Source: Felis catus
Lineage: Eukaryota
Assembly: GCF_018350175.1 (NCBI RefSeq)
Contig: NC_058368.1
Coordinates: 228,348,001 to 228,412,000, forward strand
DNA: 64,000 bases
Direction: 5' to 3'
The translations under genes were made by a program, and so were the position numbers. Under the pieces are notes generated by a model that did no database searches, had not been told where the DNA came from, and was given only the letters and a program-made list of their open reading frames with translations. Positions 38,405 to 51,432 of this stretch are shown piece after piece. Each line of letters begins with the position of its first letter. Positions within the stretch are counted from its first letter, which is position 1.

Positions 38405-38921
38405 TATTGTGCTATAACACATTCGGTCAAAATTTAGCAGCTTGAAACAATGCATACTTTTTTTTTTAATCTCACGGTTTCTATGAGTCATAAATCCAGC
38501 CACAACTCAGCTGGGAGCTCAGATCCTCTGATGAGTCTGCATCAAAGGGTCAACCAGAGCTGTGGTCTTCCCGAAAGGCTAAGCTGGCCAAGGATGCATG
38601 TCCAGGCTTCCTCCCATGGGTCAGGTCCTTGCTGGATGTTGGCTGCAGCCATCAGTTCCTTGTCATGAGGCCCTTCCATAGGACAGCTCCCAGTGTGTCA
38701 GCTAGCTTCTCCCAGAGTGACCAAGGGAGACAGGGAGTGAGATGAAAGGCACAGTATTCTTGTAACCTAAACGTGGAAGAGAAATCTCATCACGTTTGTT
38801 GTGTTTTACTCAATGGAAGTAATTATGTCCTGCCAATAAACAAGAGGAAGGGTTTGCACGGGGCATAAAAACCAGGAGGTGGGGATCATCGTGGGTTATG
38901 CTGGAGGCCGCTTGTCACACA
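38405..38921 (-). mobile_element. MaLR LTR (MLT1F-like)
   Basis: aaaatttagcagcttgaaacaa..tctcacggtttctatgagtca ... accaggaggtggggatcat..ggaggccgcttgtcaca. Confidence 0.7.
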
Positions 38922-39507
38922 CAGGGTCTCGAATAGGTGCTCTTTCCTCCTTTACATACCGCGTGTCAATACCAGCTTCCTATGCAACCTTCTCTTGTTC
39001 TTCCATTTGAATGAGGACTTCCTCTGAGTTCGTGCAGCACATTGTTGCCCTACATATGTTTTTCTCATCACTTAATTTTTTATTTTTTTATTCTTTAATT
39101 AGATAATGGCATTCTGCTACGTACAAAGATACCGCGATGGAGGAGGTATTTTTCCTTCTCCAAGGAGGACTGCCATGTGTTGCTTAGTTAACTCCAAGGG
39201 AACGGGCCACTTTGTGCACAGTACACATTTAGCTGGACGACAGAGGTGGCCCCTCCTCAAGGAACTCAGTGGGTAGTGAAGAATGGTAGATTTGGAAACT
39301 CATAGCCATAATAGCCCAGTGCAAGAAAGAGAGAATTAATTGTATATGGTGAAGCTGAGAATGACTTCATGACACAAGGACGTATGAGCTGAGCTTGTAA
39401 AATGAGAAGAAATCTGTCAGAGAAGGAAGCAAAAAAACATTCTAGACCTCAGAGTCACCAGTCTCTGCCATCTCCATTCTCTCTCCCACTCTCCCTGTTT
39501 ATGATAC

Positions 39508-39705
39508 TGGTTGGCAAACTGCAGTCCACTGACTTGATGTACTTGATACCTGTGTATAAATAAAGTTTTATTGGAACATACCACACTCATTCATTTATTT
39601 ATTTTCTGTAGCTGCTTTCATGCTTCAAGAGAGTTGAGTAAATGTGACAGATTATTTAAGGCTCGCCGAAGTCTGAAATATTTGTTCTCTGCCCCTTTAC
39701 AGGAA
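39508..39705. mobile_element. hAT DNA transposon fossil (MER58A-like)
   Basis: ggttggcaaact..aaataaagttttattggaacataccacactcattcattta..aaatatttgttctctgcccctttacag. Confidence 0.8.
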
Positions 39706-40049
39706 TTAACTGGTTTCTCTCTGATACACCCACAGTATAAAGGAGCTGCTCAGATGTTTGCTAAATGAAGTGGCTGAATAATCAGGGTAGGGGCTATAAT
39801 TGCTCTGTACGTGGCTACATAAAGAGTCAATCTGCATTCAGTCCGTGGCTTAGATGATTCTTTATCAGTGATTCTTGACGAATGTTTTAACTGACACATA
39901 GCTGTCCATAGTAATGAGAAAGTCTTTTGAAGCAAAAAATTAAACAGCAAGTATGCTATTCTCTAGATCTGAGAGAAAATGATGTAGTTTTTCTAGTTTA
40001 GAATATGTTATTTAAATGTTTTAATGACTTTCTTTCTTTCAAAATATAG

Positions 40050-40109
40050 ACCAACCAAATCAAGGAGGACACATGACAGATGTAATAATAGACCTCTTGC
40101 AAATAAAAG
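40050..40109 (+). other. Candidate 60-nt symmetric exon
   Basis: Acceptor gactttctttctttcaaaatatAG, consensus donor aag|GTAAGT. Two of three frames open. Non-repetitive context. Product not recognised. Confidence 0.4.
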
Positions 40110-40802
40110 GTAAGTCCAATGATATTAAGAAAATATCCAGGAGAATTTTACAGAATGTTCTCTCCAATGTGGCCGAGGAAGAGCTCTTATATAACTTACA
40201 ATGATACAAGAACCTCAAGGCATCAACCACAAACTCAGCCTCAAGTGACTTAAAAGTGTTTGCCACCCTACATGTATTATCATTCATAAACGTGAAATAT
40301 TAGCACAGACACATCAACTCTAATGAAATACAAGAAATTGTAGATATTAACATCAACTAGATAATAGAAATCTGTTGGAACATTTCTTTTTAAGTCTATC
40401 TTTTGGATATCTAGTAAATAAGCTGTATTATCATAAATATTTGCATTGTATCAAAACTAACTGGTAATTAAAATTTCAGCATTTTGTCCAGTCCCTTAAA
40501 ATGAAACACAGGTGTAGAAAATGAACTGAAATGTTCTAAGGAAACCAAACTTCTGATCTTATATAGGCTTGAATCATACTTCTGCACATTCCATTTTGTC
40601 ATGTTTGAAGACCAGAAATTATTAACCCGCTAATGCTCCAAGTGGTTGAGAATGCAAATAGTGTCACAAATACTCCATAAATTCTTTTTTAATGATGTTT
40701 TTGACTTATCTTTGCCCACAAAAGTGTGTTCACTTTCTTGAGTTCTGTGGGACATCACTGCAATGGGTACCTCTCAGACTGGTTCTTAGAAACCCCACCT
40801 TT

Positions 40803-40920
40803 GGGGCACCTGGCTGGCTCAGTGGGTGGAGCATGCAGTTCTTGAACTTGGGGTTGTGAGTTCAAGTCCCAAATTAGGTGTAGAGATTACTTAAATAAAC
40901 TTAAAGAAAAAGAAAAGAAA
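40803..40920 (+). mobile_element. Short tRNA-derived carnivore SINE lacking the CT body
   Basis: tRNA-like head followed by ggtgtagagattacttaaataaa and A tail. TSD agaaaccc(c)accttt. Confidence 0.85.
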
Positions 40921-41097
40921 AGAAACCCACCTTTATCTCAACCATGGGTATCACAGATGAAAATAGATTCCACTGTAGAGATGAGGGGCAGAGGGTGGTG
41001 GTAAATAAAATGCCTGAATTTGAACCAGTTGAGAAAGATTAGGATAAAATGGGGAATAAAAAATATTTTTTATCAATTTTAATGCTAATATTTTAAA

Positions 41098-44000
41098 AAA
41101 TAAACTTTATGTTTTAAACAGTTTTAATTTTACAGAAAAATTCAAAGAGAGTATGGAGAATTCCCACATACCCACACTTAAATTCTATTACTAACAGATC
41201 AGAAAGGTACATTTGTTACAATTAATGAACTAATATTGATACATCATTCTCAACTTAAAGTTATTACTTTATTTATATTTCCTTAGTTTTTACTCTAATG
41301 TCCATTTTCCATTCTAGGATCCCCTCTAAAATATATTACATTTAGTTGCTATGTCTTCTTAGGCTTCTCTTGCTTCTGACAGTTTTTCAGGCTTTATCTA
41401 ATTTTGATGGCCTTGGTAAGGTTGAGAAGTAGTGGCCAGGTATCTCGTAGGATGTTCCATTATTGAGATTTGTCTGTTTTATTAGTTTGGGTATGTTTTG
41501 TTGGTTTGTTGGTTTGTTTTTTTGAGAAGACCTCAGAAGTGAAGTGCCTTTTTCTATCACATCATATATCAGCATGTATTCTCAAGTGCGTATTCATCTC
41601 ATTTATCACTGTTGATGTTTACTTTGGTTATCTGACAAAGGTGGCATTTTTTAGGCTTCTCCACTGTAAATTTACTTTTTCCTCCATTTCCAAACTATAT
41701 ATACTCTTTGGAAAGAAGCCACCATGTGAAGGTCACCCTTAAGGAGTGGGGAGTTATGTTCCAAGTCTTGAAGTTGGAGTATCTCCGTAGATTATTTTAA
41801 AATTTTTTGCATGGGAGATTTGTCTATTCTATTTGTTTATTTAATCATTTATTTAAATCAATATGGACTCATAGATATTTATTTTATTTGGGAGGGTTAT
41901 ATATAATATTTTTAATATTTATTTTATTGAGATAGGTTGACATAGTATATAAGTTTATGGTATACAATGTGTTGCTTTGATATGTTTGTGTATTATAATA
42001 TGATTACCACCTTAGCATTAGCTAAAAGCACCATCACATCATATAAATATTATGTCTTTTTTGTTGTGCAAGCAATTAAGATCTATTGTTTTAGCACTTT
42101 TGATGTTTATAATACAGTATTGTTGATTATAATCACCAAGCTGTGCATTAGATATCTAGGACTTATTTATCTATTGGTTGCAAGTTTGTATTCTTAAAAA
42201 ACATCTCCCTAATCCCTCCACCCCACAACCTCTGTAAACATCATTCTATTCTCTTTTTTAATTAGTTCAGCTTTTTTAGATTCCACATTGATATCATAAC
42301 AACATTTGTATCACTCTTTCTGACTTATCTCACTTAGCATAATGCCCTCAAGGTCCATCCATGTTGTTGCAATGGCAGGATTTTCTTCTTTCTCATGGTT
42401 AAATAATATTCCATTGCATATATATACACCATATATTCTTTATCCACTCATCTGTTGATGCACACTTTGGTTGTTTCTCTATCTTGGCTATTGTGAATAA
42501 TGCTACAATAAACATGGGAGTGCATGTGTCTTTTCAGTATCGTGTTTTAATTTCCTTTAGGTAATACACCCAGGAGTGGGATTGTTGGATCATATAGTAA
42601 TTTCATTTTCTGAGGCGCATACAGTTTTCCATCCACAGTGGCTGCACCTGATGACCATTTGGATGTCTTCTTTGGGGAAAAGAAAATGTCTATTTAGTTC
42701 TTCTTAGCCCACTTTTTAGTTGGATTATTTGTGGGTTGTTGTTATTGGGTTGTATGAGTTCTTTATATATTTTGGATATTTAACCTCTTATCTGATATAT
42801 GGTTTGCAAATACATTTCTCCCATTCTGTAGGTTGAATTTACACTTTTTTATTGTTTCTTTTGCTGTGCAAAATCTGTTTTCATTTATTTTGTTACTTGA
42901 ATTTTACCTGCTTTGGCCACTGGGAGCTTTTATGTTGGCTCCTATGCCCCTTTGCATACCCCATCATTGTATGCATGTATTTTGTTTGTTTGTTTGTTTC
43001 CTCTTCTTTGTTTTGTCTCCCCCTCTTCCTCCACCTCCTCCTTCTTCTAGCACTGCCCCTACTTTCTAAGACCAGAAGACACTTCAGTCTCACCATGTGT
43101 ATTTCTACTCCAGTACTAGCATCGGTCGTTTCTTTCAAAAACCCTGGTTCTTTTCATCGGAAAATTGTATCAGAAACCAAGATGTGAGCCTTAGGTGTGC
43201 TCATGGTTACTGGGATATCATTACTTCTAGGCCTGTTCAGCTGAACAAAACAGGGAAATATATGTGTATATACTAACTGGTATATGTATGTATCTCTAGA
43301 AATACTTTTAGAAACACAATCTGTGTTTCTATTAAGCTAAACATGAGTTTATACTAATGCTTCTGACTCTAATTCACCACCATAGTCTCTTGTCTTTGTC
43401 TATCTGTAACTTTCGCTCCAACAGTGAGAAAGCTGACTTCCATCATCTGCCATTTATTCATTTAATTTTCCAATTCCATCATACATGTATAGAAATATCA
43501 GACTTTTGAATGTGTATCTGCCAAAGGAGACAAACTTTATCAACTAGAGTGCAGTGTTTATGTATAGTTTCCTTTATTTTTAGTCTTACAGGCTCAATAC
43601 TTTTCCATCATTACATTGGCCAGTGCTTTTGTCCCCACTCTGATCAGTAAGGTTGTTTTATACATTTGTAATATAGTTCGACGGTTTTGTCAAATTTTGC
43701 ATTCCATCCTGGGATCCCCAATCTCCTAACTGATGTTTGAAAAATTTGCATATGATTAAGATTTATTCTTTGTGCTGATAAAGGTCTGTGAGCTTTTGAC
43801 AAATAAATAGTACCATGGATATGCCCTCATAGTGTTATACAGACTAGTTTCACCACCCTAAAAAATCTCCTACGCTTTATCCATTTAACCCTCTCACCAT
43901 CCCCCTAAATCCCTGAAAATCACTCATCTTTTTACCTCTCCATAGTTTTGCCTTTTCCAGAATGCCATCTAATTGGAATCATACGGTGGTATTAGCCTTT

Positions 44001-44310
44001 TCAGGCTGAATATTTCATTTAGCAATATACATTGAAGATTCATGCATGTCTTTTCATGGCCTCATAAATCATTGCTTTTTATCACTGAATAATATTCCAT
44101 CGTACTGATGTACCAGAGTCTGTTTATCAATTTACCTGTTAAAGAGCACCTTGTTTTATTCTGGTTTTAGGCGATTATGAATAAAGCTGCTATAAACATT
44201 CACCTTCAGGTTATTGTGTGGACATAAGTTTTGAACTCATTTGAGTAAATATCTAGGAGTTTAATTGCTGGATCATATGGTGAAACTATGTTTAGCTTTG
44301 TCAGAAGCTA
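41098..44310 (-). mobile_element. Ancient L1 3' region (L1MC/MD-like) with nested L1
   Basis: 3' end tttacagaaaaatt..gagaattcccacataccc..gtacatttgttacaattaatgaactaatattgataca. Ends in ORF2 C-terminal-like sequence at about 44300. Confidence 0.75.
41910..42880 (-). mobile_element. Nested L1 3' fragment (L1MA9-like)
   Basis: ttttattgagataggttgacata..atatgattaccaccttagcattagctaa. Internal deletion near 42650. Confidence 0.75.
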
Positions 44311-45012
44311 ACAACAAATGACACTCCATCCCCGGGGAACAAAACAAAATTCTTCTCCATTTACAGTTTCCTACAATGATAGTCATGGGTAAAAATAGCA
44401 ATCCAATTAGTGTTTTTTTGCAGGTAACTGGGATGGACAGGAACTCAACAAATACTACATGTTTTAAAAGTGAGAAAAGAAGGTCATATTGTTGGTAAGC
44501 AGCTAACAGCCAAAGAACTTAAGGAAACAGATTTATAAGGGGTAGTTATACCTGAAAATTATGTGGTTCACTTCTAACTGATTGCTATCTGTATGTGTTG
44601 TGTAATTTATATAATGACAGCTTATTCAGACAAATCCTGTTTTTCCCCCTACAATTCTATTGAAACCAAATGGAAGGGTAAAGAGGCAGCATATATATAG
44701 GTCAGTATCCTGGGTAATGAGAGAAAGTACAGTAAAACCTTAGATTGTGAGTAACTTGTTCTGAGAGTGTTCCACAAGACAAGGAAACATTTCTAATAAA
44801 TTTTGACTTGATAAACGAGCGATGTCTTGCAATCCAAGTAGTACATGACAATGAATGTCACATGATCACAACTGAGCCAATGGCTCTCGAAATTCACTTT
44901 GATATACGAGTGCTTTGGATTACAAGCATGTTCTCAGAATGAGTTATGCTCACCATCAAAGGTTTTACTGTGCTGTTTCATTGCCAAGAAGCTGGATCCA
45001 CAGCACTACACA

Positions 45013-45043
<31 letters not shown>

Positions 45044-45047
45044 CACA
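45013..45047. repeat. (CA)n microsatellite, one interruption
   Basis: Direct reading. Confidence 0.95.
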
Positions 45048-46486
45048 TATGTCATTAGACATATTGGCTAATTTGATGAATGGAGCAAATGAGGACTAGG
45101 CTGCTTCATCTACTGTTTTCTATGGAAGTAGACATTAGGCAATGCAAAGAAAGCTGACAACCATATGTCAAGGCATTATAATCATAGTTAAGAGACAAGA
45201 ATTCCAGGTGTTGTTATGCCATGGCAATGAGTAATTCCAAGCAGATTAATCAAAAACAACTTTACCCACAACTGTATTTACCCACAACTGTACCATTTCC
45301 TTTTTTGTGGACTCCAAAGTGATTCCATAATAGTTTTGCACTAGAACAATCTGTACAGCAGCATCCTCACTGTTAGACACATTGACTCTTTCAACCTACA
45401 GTGAAACATGTTATTTCCACGGAATATCATGATGACCACATACACAGCTTCCTTACACACTTTTGGCAGGTCCCCTCCTTAGTAAACTCCAGGAACAGCA
45501 ACTTCTTCTTACTCATAACCATCTAGATTAAGACTCCTGTTATTTGACTGAGCTCCAAGTATAGTCTTGCGAATTATGACCATATTCTACCTTGTGAGTG
45601 AAAGTGCTTCAGAGCTTCCAGTGAAAGAGTGTGCCGAAGGGTGGTGACTGGACTTGGGCTATCCACTCAGTCCTAGGATTTGCATGGATACAGATGGGGT
45701 TCCCACTGCATCTCCTGATGTACGTGTGCTTCAAGAATTGAGCGGTGACCGTCACATGGCAAGACAGAGCTCTAAAGCTGGCGGAAGAGTGAGCATTTGG
45801 GTCAATGGGACATAGAGTATGGAAATAAAGGCATACTCGTGTTAATGCACGCATTCCTGAATGGCTAGGTACTTTCCACAGTTTCTTTGGTTGCTTTTCC
45901 CAGAACTTCTTTGCTGGGAAGCCCTTGGAATTTTGTTGTAACATGTAACTTTGTTGTTACAAAGCAAGAAGTAACACTAAGTCTTTTTAAGGATTTAGTG
46001 TTTCTGTTTCTTAGTTGACCAAGAACTACATGCCATTGTATGTAATACTCAAATTCAGAGATCAAATTGGTTTGTTTGAGAGGCAGAAAGTAAAGTGAAC
46101 TTTTGCCAAATTCAATTTGAATGTAAAATAATTTCACTGTGAGCCACTATGCAACACATTGAGATTAGTTGGCATTTGGGATGAAAAACTATGGAGAACT
46201 TTTAGGCTGATGGTTAGAGAAATACAGAACTGTCGTATGTTTATTACCTTCCTCGACTGCATCAGACACAGAGTGGGGCGTTGTCATTCAGAAGTGAGTA
46301 AATGAAAGTCATTGTGCACGGGACCCCTCCTAGAGTTGCGTGGGGAACAGAGGGGCTGGTAAGTGCTAGAGTGAAGGATGCAGGGTGAGAGGCCAGTTAA
46401 GAGGGGCCAGCCAGATCTGACATAGGGCCAGAACACAGATCCAAAATCAAGTCATGCCGAAGCTGGTTCTTCAGGAATATCTGAGC

Positions 46487-46964
46487 GTGGTATGCAACAT
46501 CACGCCCTCAGAAATGTCTGCATCGTCCTCCCTGTTAGTGTCAGTTTATATGGCAAAATGGATTTTGTGTGAATGATTAAATGAAGGATATTGAGACGGG
46601 GAGATTATCCTGGATCATGTGGTTGGGTCCAGCATTACCACAAGGCTGTTTATAGGTGACAGGAGGCAGAGAGTCATACAAGGTGATATGGTGGTGGAAG
46701 CAGAGGTCTAAGTGATGCCGTTGCGGGCTCTAAAAAATGGAAGGAGGCCAGAAGCCAAGGAATGTGGGCACCTTCTAGAAGCTAGAAAAGGTAAGAAACA
46801 GACTCTCCCTTGGGGCCTCCAGAAAGAATGCAGTTCTGCTGATTTTAGCCCCATAAGACCCATTTTAAACTTCTGACCTCCCGAACCTGAAGATAATACA
46901 GTTGTGTGGTTCAAAGCCATTGAGTTTGTGGTATTTCTTCCAGGGGCAGTAGAAAACGGATACA
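46487..46964 (+). mobile_element. MaLR LTR (MLT1D-like)
   Basis: ggagattatcctggat..agccaaggaatgtgggcaccttctagaagctagaaaagg..tttgtggtatttc..cagtagaaaacggataca. Confidence 0.85.
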
Positions 46965-46967
46965 ATG

Positions 46968-47348
46968 TGTGGGGCTCCAGATCCGGTGGGGGGTGCGGGC
47001 GGTGAAAGAACTCACCCGGGGTGGAACAAAGGCGACAGAAGTTTACTGAATACACTGCAAGGGATCCGTGGGCAAGACCGCTAAGGACACACCGTGCACC
47101 AGAGGCAGTGGTGGTAGGGGGCCACAGTCACAAATAGGGTGCAGTGAGAAGGTATGGGGACCAGTGGCATTTTCCCTTTTTTGGTAACTGTGCCCGGTTA
47201 TAAGCGGCCCATTGGTCAGCCACGGCCAAGGGCTATTTCGAGGTGGGTCGCTTAATGAGCCTGCGTTCAGCTCTGTGGTCGCCGTGGGCCCTTTTGCCTT
47301 GTTCAGGTGTCCACTGCTCAAGCCTGTTGCCTAAAAGCAGCCTCTACA
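46968..47348 (-). mobile_element. Probable solo LTR (carnivore type), about 380 bp
   Basis: Termini tgtgggg...cctctaca form an imperfect inverted repeat. Possible degenerate 5-bp TSD caatg/cagcg. CpG-rich. Strand tentative. Confidence 0.55.
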
Positions 47349-50308
47349 CAGCGGACATTGGATGGTCCCAACTGGTGGTGGGAGATGAGAGTCGGGGAGG
47401 GGGCATGAAAGAAAGTGCAGAGAGCAGACAGCGGCGAGGGAGGGTGTGTGCTGTTTCGGGAGCTCACAATCGCACGGGTCTGAGTGGAGGACGTGTTCAG
47501 AGGCGGTGCGGCGAGGCTGGGCGAGGCCGCAGCCTGCAGGCCAGTGCGGGCGTTGCAGGCCTCTGGGAGGCGGTGGGAACCACCCAGTGGTGAAGCCTCT
47601 GACTCACATGCACATTTTAGAGGAAGCACTGGCGGCTCCATTAAAGTTGTAGCTAAATGAGCAGTGGCAGGAAGAACCGGTTGTGGGGATCTGGGAAGGC
47701 CCGGGTGTGAGGGAGCAGCAGGGGGAAGGCAGGGAGAGGATGGCTTTGAATTAGATTGCAGAAAGAGAAGTGACGGTGTTGGTGGACCTTTGCGAGCACC
47801 GCAGACATAGGTGTCTCGCCCGCCCGATGTCAGGTTTGGGAACTGGGTGAGTGCCGTTAGCCAAAGGAGGGGCAGTCGGCGTCTGTTGATGCCTGGCATC
47901 CCCCTGCTCTACTCCAGCAGCGGCTCGGATTTCCCTGTGAGCTTCTGTTCCTCCTTCCTCTGCTCTCAGTCCAGCGGGAGGTGCCCGGGAACCCTGGGAA
48001 GAGTGAGACCCCGCCCACTGCACCTCTGGCCAAATGTGATTGGTTCAGTGCCGAGCATGTGACCGAAGCCAGTCCACCTGCGTGCCTCTGAGGGCTCTGT
48101 TGAGGATCCTGGGTAGATCACGAGAACAGCAGCTGCCCGGTCTGTTTACTCTTTTCTGCCTGTTTAGGACCTAGAAGGCTATGCTTTGGGAAGCATATAG
48201 TTTGGGGAGTTGGGGAGATCAGTCTGAAGTTGCAATTTAAAAAAAAAAAGGAAAGAAAAAGGAACTAGTACAACAAAGAGGGGGCAAGGATCAGTCAGAC
48301 TTTGGATCACTGCTGGGGCTTCTGCAGGCAGCCAGTCCTATCCTGGAGGCAATACGTTATTTTTAGTTTTATTTTTATTTAAGACACATTTAACTTTGGT
48401 GTTCTTTTACGTGAACCAAACTAATCTTAGGAGAATACGGAAGAAAGGGAAGGCTTGGATGCTTAAGGTTAAAGACATTCGGTTGGAGTTACCCAGTAAG
48501 GAAATGAAAAAAGAAAATGGATTTAATGATCGGAAAGTTGTGTAAATAGAAGACATTTATCTGGGACTTACCAGCTTATAGATGGGATAAAGCCAGGCAT
48601 ATTGATCACATGAACCAGAGGGTATGTTGACTGAAACTAAAAGGGATTGAAGGGCAGAAGTTGAAGACTACCAGAGTTTACTAGGCAGGCCCTATAAGAA
48701 AACATAGCCAAAGACAGAGAGAAATCTAAATTTCTAAGTTTTGAAAAATGTAGAGACTAACACAAGGAGAAAAGACTTGAAAGAGGATTTATCAAACTAT
48801 GAATTAGTGCTGTGTGTCTTTGGGTATTAGGGATATGAGTGGTTATTTTATGTAAAAATAAACTAAGCTTAAAGATATACTTTTTATGGGTTTTTCTTCC
48901 CTTGAGAAGAATGACTGATCAAGAATTTTCCAACGTCATTGGGTGAAAAGGGGTACAGATAAAAATTTTAAAAAACCCTGGAAATAAGACACATTCTAAA
49001 AAACTTATAGTCTCTAAGTCCATACAAGCAATGAGTTAAATAAAAGAGAAGTTTCTCTCTTTTAAGAAGCTTAGTGTTCAAACTGACTGATACTCAGTCT
49101 ACTGATTTGGTGATGTGGCTGTGTTTTCCTTTTTTAATTTAATTTATTTTTTAAAAATTTTTTAGCAGAAGACCTAATAAAGTAAGTGAAACATTATTCA
49201 TGATTCTAACATATAAATATGGTAGGTTCACTGAGTGGGTTTTTCAGGCTATGCAAACAGTCATTGTTTGATTAAAAAAAATAAAAAAAAATAAAAAGCT
49301 TTATTCTTTGGGGGAATGCCTAAGCTCTTCTGTAGGGCATCAGTTTGAAAAACACTGATCTCAGGCTCCCAATGACTATTCATTTTTTCTAATTCCATTG
49401 TAGTTTATAACTATATATGGTACAGTGTGTGGCAAAGGGAATTCTATGAAAATTCAAAAGTTCAATAGAGAATAAAGAAGCAATGATGTACAGAGATCAA
49501 AAGAAAGCTTTGTCTAGGAGAAGACTTCAGAATAAATCGTTTTCTTAAAAATGATAGAACTTGATTTAAACGTACCTCAGGAGGTCAACTCCTCCAAGCT
49601 TCTCCCTGTACTCAGGTACGTGTGCTGTCATTTTTGGCAACTTAGACAAGATGTCTAAGCTCCTTTCTTTAAAGACGTGGACAGTAATTAGTATATGGAA
49701 GCCTCCCGGCAAGCCCCAGAGCTGCTCAGTAATGAGGTTCTTGTAGCCTTGCAATAACTGAACTAACTGGGACAGAACTCAAGCTGAAGTTTCTATTGTC
49801 TTTCCCATAGTAGAGGATTCATGATGAACTCTGTAGGGTCTTTTTCATGGGTGGGGTTTGATCCAGTCTAGCAGAATTAGAGTAGTAAACTGATCACCCC
49901 GTAGGCTTTCATTTTCGAACACCTTGGCTACGTTGGATTGCCAACGTAGGCTTTATTACAGTAGGCTCGAAATGAAAGGTCAAAAGGACATGCATGTGGG
50001 GCCAGGTTTTAGGATCTCTGGGAGGGAATGCACAGGTTCCACTGTCCTGGCTGCACCTGCCAGGCTCTGTGTGCTTCCCTCTCCTTATGGCAGGTCCCAA
50101 GCCCAGGACTTAATGCCACCCTGGGGCTGTCCACAGCTAGTCTGGGCCATCGTTGCTTCCCAACTACTGCAGGGAGGAGAAAGATACTCCATTTACAGTT
50201 TAGTGAAAGGTGGGGTGTTTGCTGTTCCTTACTGAAAGGAGTTTCTCGTCCAGGAAAGACTCCACTAGAGGAGGTGGTCAGGATTTTCTTGGATCCTGCA
50301 GAACTCAC

Positions 50309-50606
50309 CTGTGACACTACTGGTCTCTCGAGGGACAATGTCTTCACCAAAATGCACAAAGCCAAAACTCCCATTGTTGGTGTTGCAGCCTGAATAATTC
50401 TTAACTAGGAGGCAGTGCGGCCCCTTCCCAGACTTGGAAGCTGGAGAATAGTCCCACTTTGACATGAAGGATGGAAGCTGATAACCCATGGTCAGGGACA
50501 GGTTCTTGGGGAGGTAGGACGGGGCACACTCAGGTGCTAAGTCTTTTCCTGCAAAAGAGCTTCTCTGACGCCTTGGACTCAAGCAAACCTGAGTAAAACA
50601 GACGAC
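50309..50606 (-). other. Candidate 298-nt exon on minus strand
   Basis: Acceptor catttttctttcccAG, donor cag|GTGAGT. One frame is open across the whole exon, with an internal accATGG. Peptide not recognised. Confidence 0.35.
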
Positions 50607-50916
50607 CTGGGAAAGAAAAATGAACTGATCATGGCATCCTTTTACAAGCCCACTGTTTAACCCCTTAATTTTAATTAGTTAACTCGTTTTAACCTACTCT
50701 GTTGGCAATACACTAGATGCTTACAAATGTCTGGAAGACTAATATTTTGAAAAGTGTTTCTAAGTTTAGTTTTACATCTTAATAATTTTTTTGTCCCACA
50801 CCGTCTCTTCCAATTCTAATAATCCATCCAAAATAATGTTTGGACTCTGCTCAGTTTTCATAGCAGGAGACTGATTATTTCAATAGCTAAGGCAATAGGA
50901 CCTAGAACATGAACAA

Positions 50917-51143
50917 TGTGCGCCTGGGTGCCTCGGTTGGTTAAGCGTCTGACTTCGGCTCAGGTCATGATCTCGCGGTTTGTGGGTTTGAGCCCCGCGT
51001 CGGGCTCTGTGCTGACAGCTCAGAGCCCGGAGCCTGCTTTGGATTCTGTGTCTCCTCCTCTCTCTGCCCCTCCCATGCTCATGCTCTGTCTCTCTCTGTC
51101 TCTTAATAATAAATAAACGTTTAAAAAATTAAAAAAATAAATA
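50917..51143 (+). mobile_element. CAN-SINE
   Basis: Head, CT tract and A tail. No clear TSD. Confidence 0.92.
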
Positions 51144-51247
51144 AATCTTCCCAAAGCCCTCAGCAGATTTGGCCTCCTGGCTGAGTGCTCAGAATGGTAA
51201 CATAGGTCCCCAGCTAAACAAAGCACTCACTGGAGAGAGAAATGATT

Positions 51248-51432
51248 GCTTCTTTCTCAGATTGGATAGCCCAGGGCCAGTAACATTAGCATCACATGGG
51301 ACTTGTTAGCAATGCATATTCTCGACCCCTGCTCAGACCTGCTGGGTCAGAAACTCTGGGGGCAGGCCCAGCAAACTGTTCCACCAGCCCTGGAGGTGAA
51401 GCCAATGACAGATCAAGATTGAGAATCTCTTG
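51248..51432. mobile_element. hAT DNA transposon fossil (MER5A-like)
   Basis: agcatcacatgggacttgttagcaatgcatattctc..cagacctgctgggtcagaaactctggggg. Confidence 0.85.

Noticed and set aside
40803..40880. tRNA gene
   Set aside because: It is the tRNA-derived head of a SINE, followed by an A-rich tail and flanked by a TSD.
47318..47899. Longest ORF in the track (193 aa, minus strand)
   Set aside because: It lies in a GC-rich, repeat-derived patch where stops are rare. The Pro/Ala/Ser-rich sequence has no recognisable domain or splice support.
49566..49770. Minus-strand coding exon continuing the 50309-50606 frame
   Set aside because: A donor-like gag|GTACGT exists, but the acceptors are weak and the phase-1 continuation reaches TGA within about a dozen codons.
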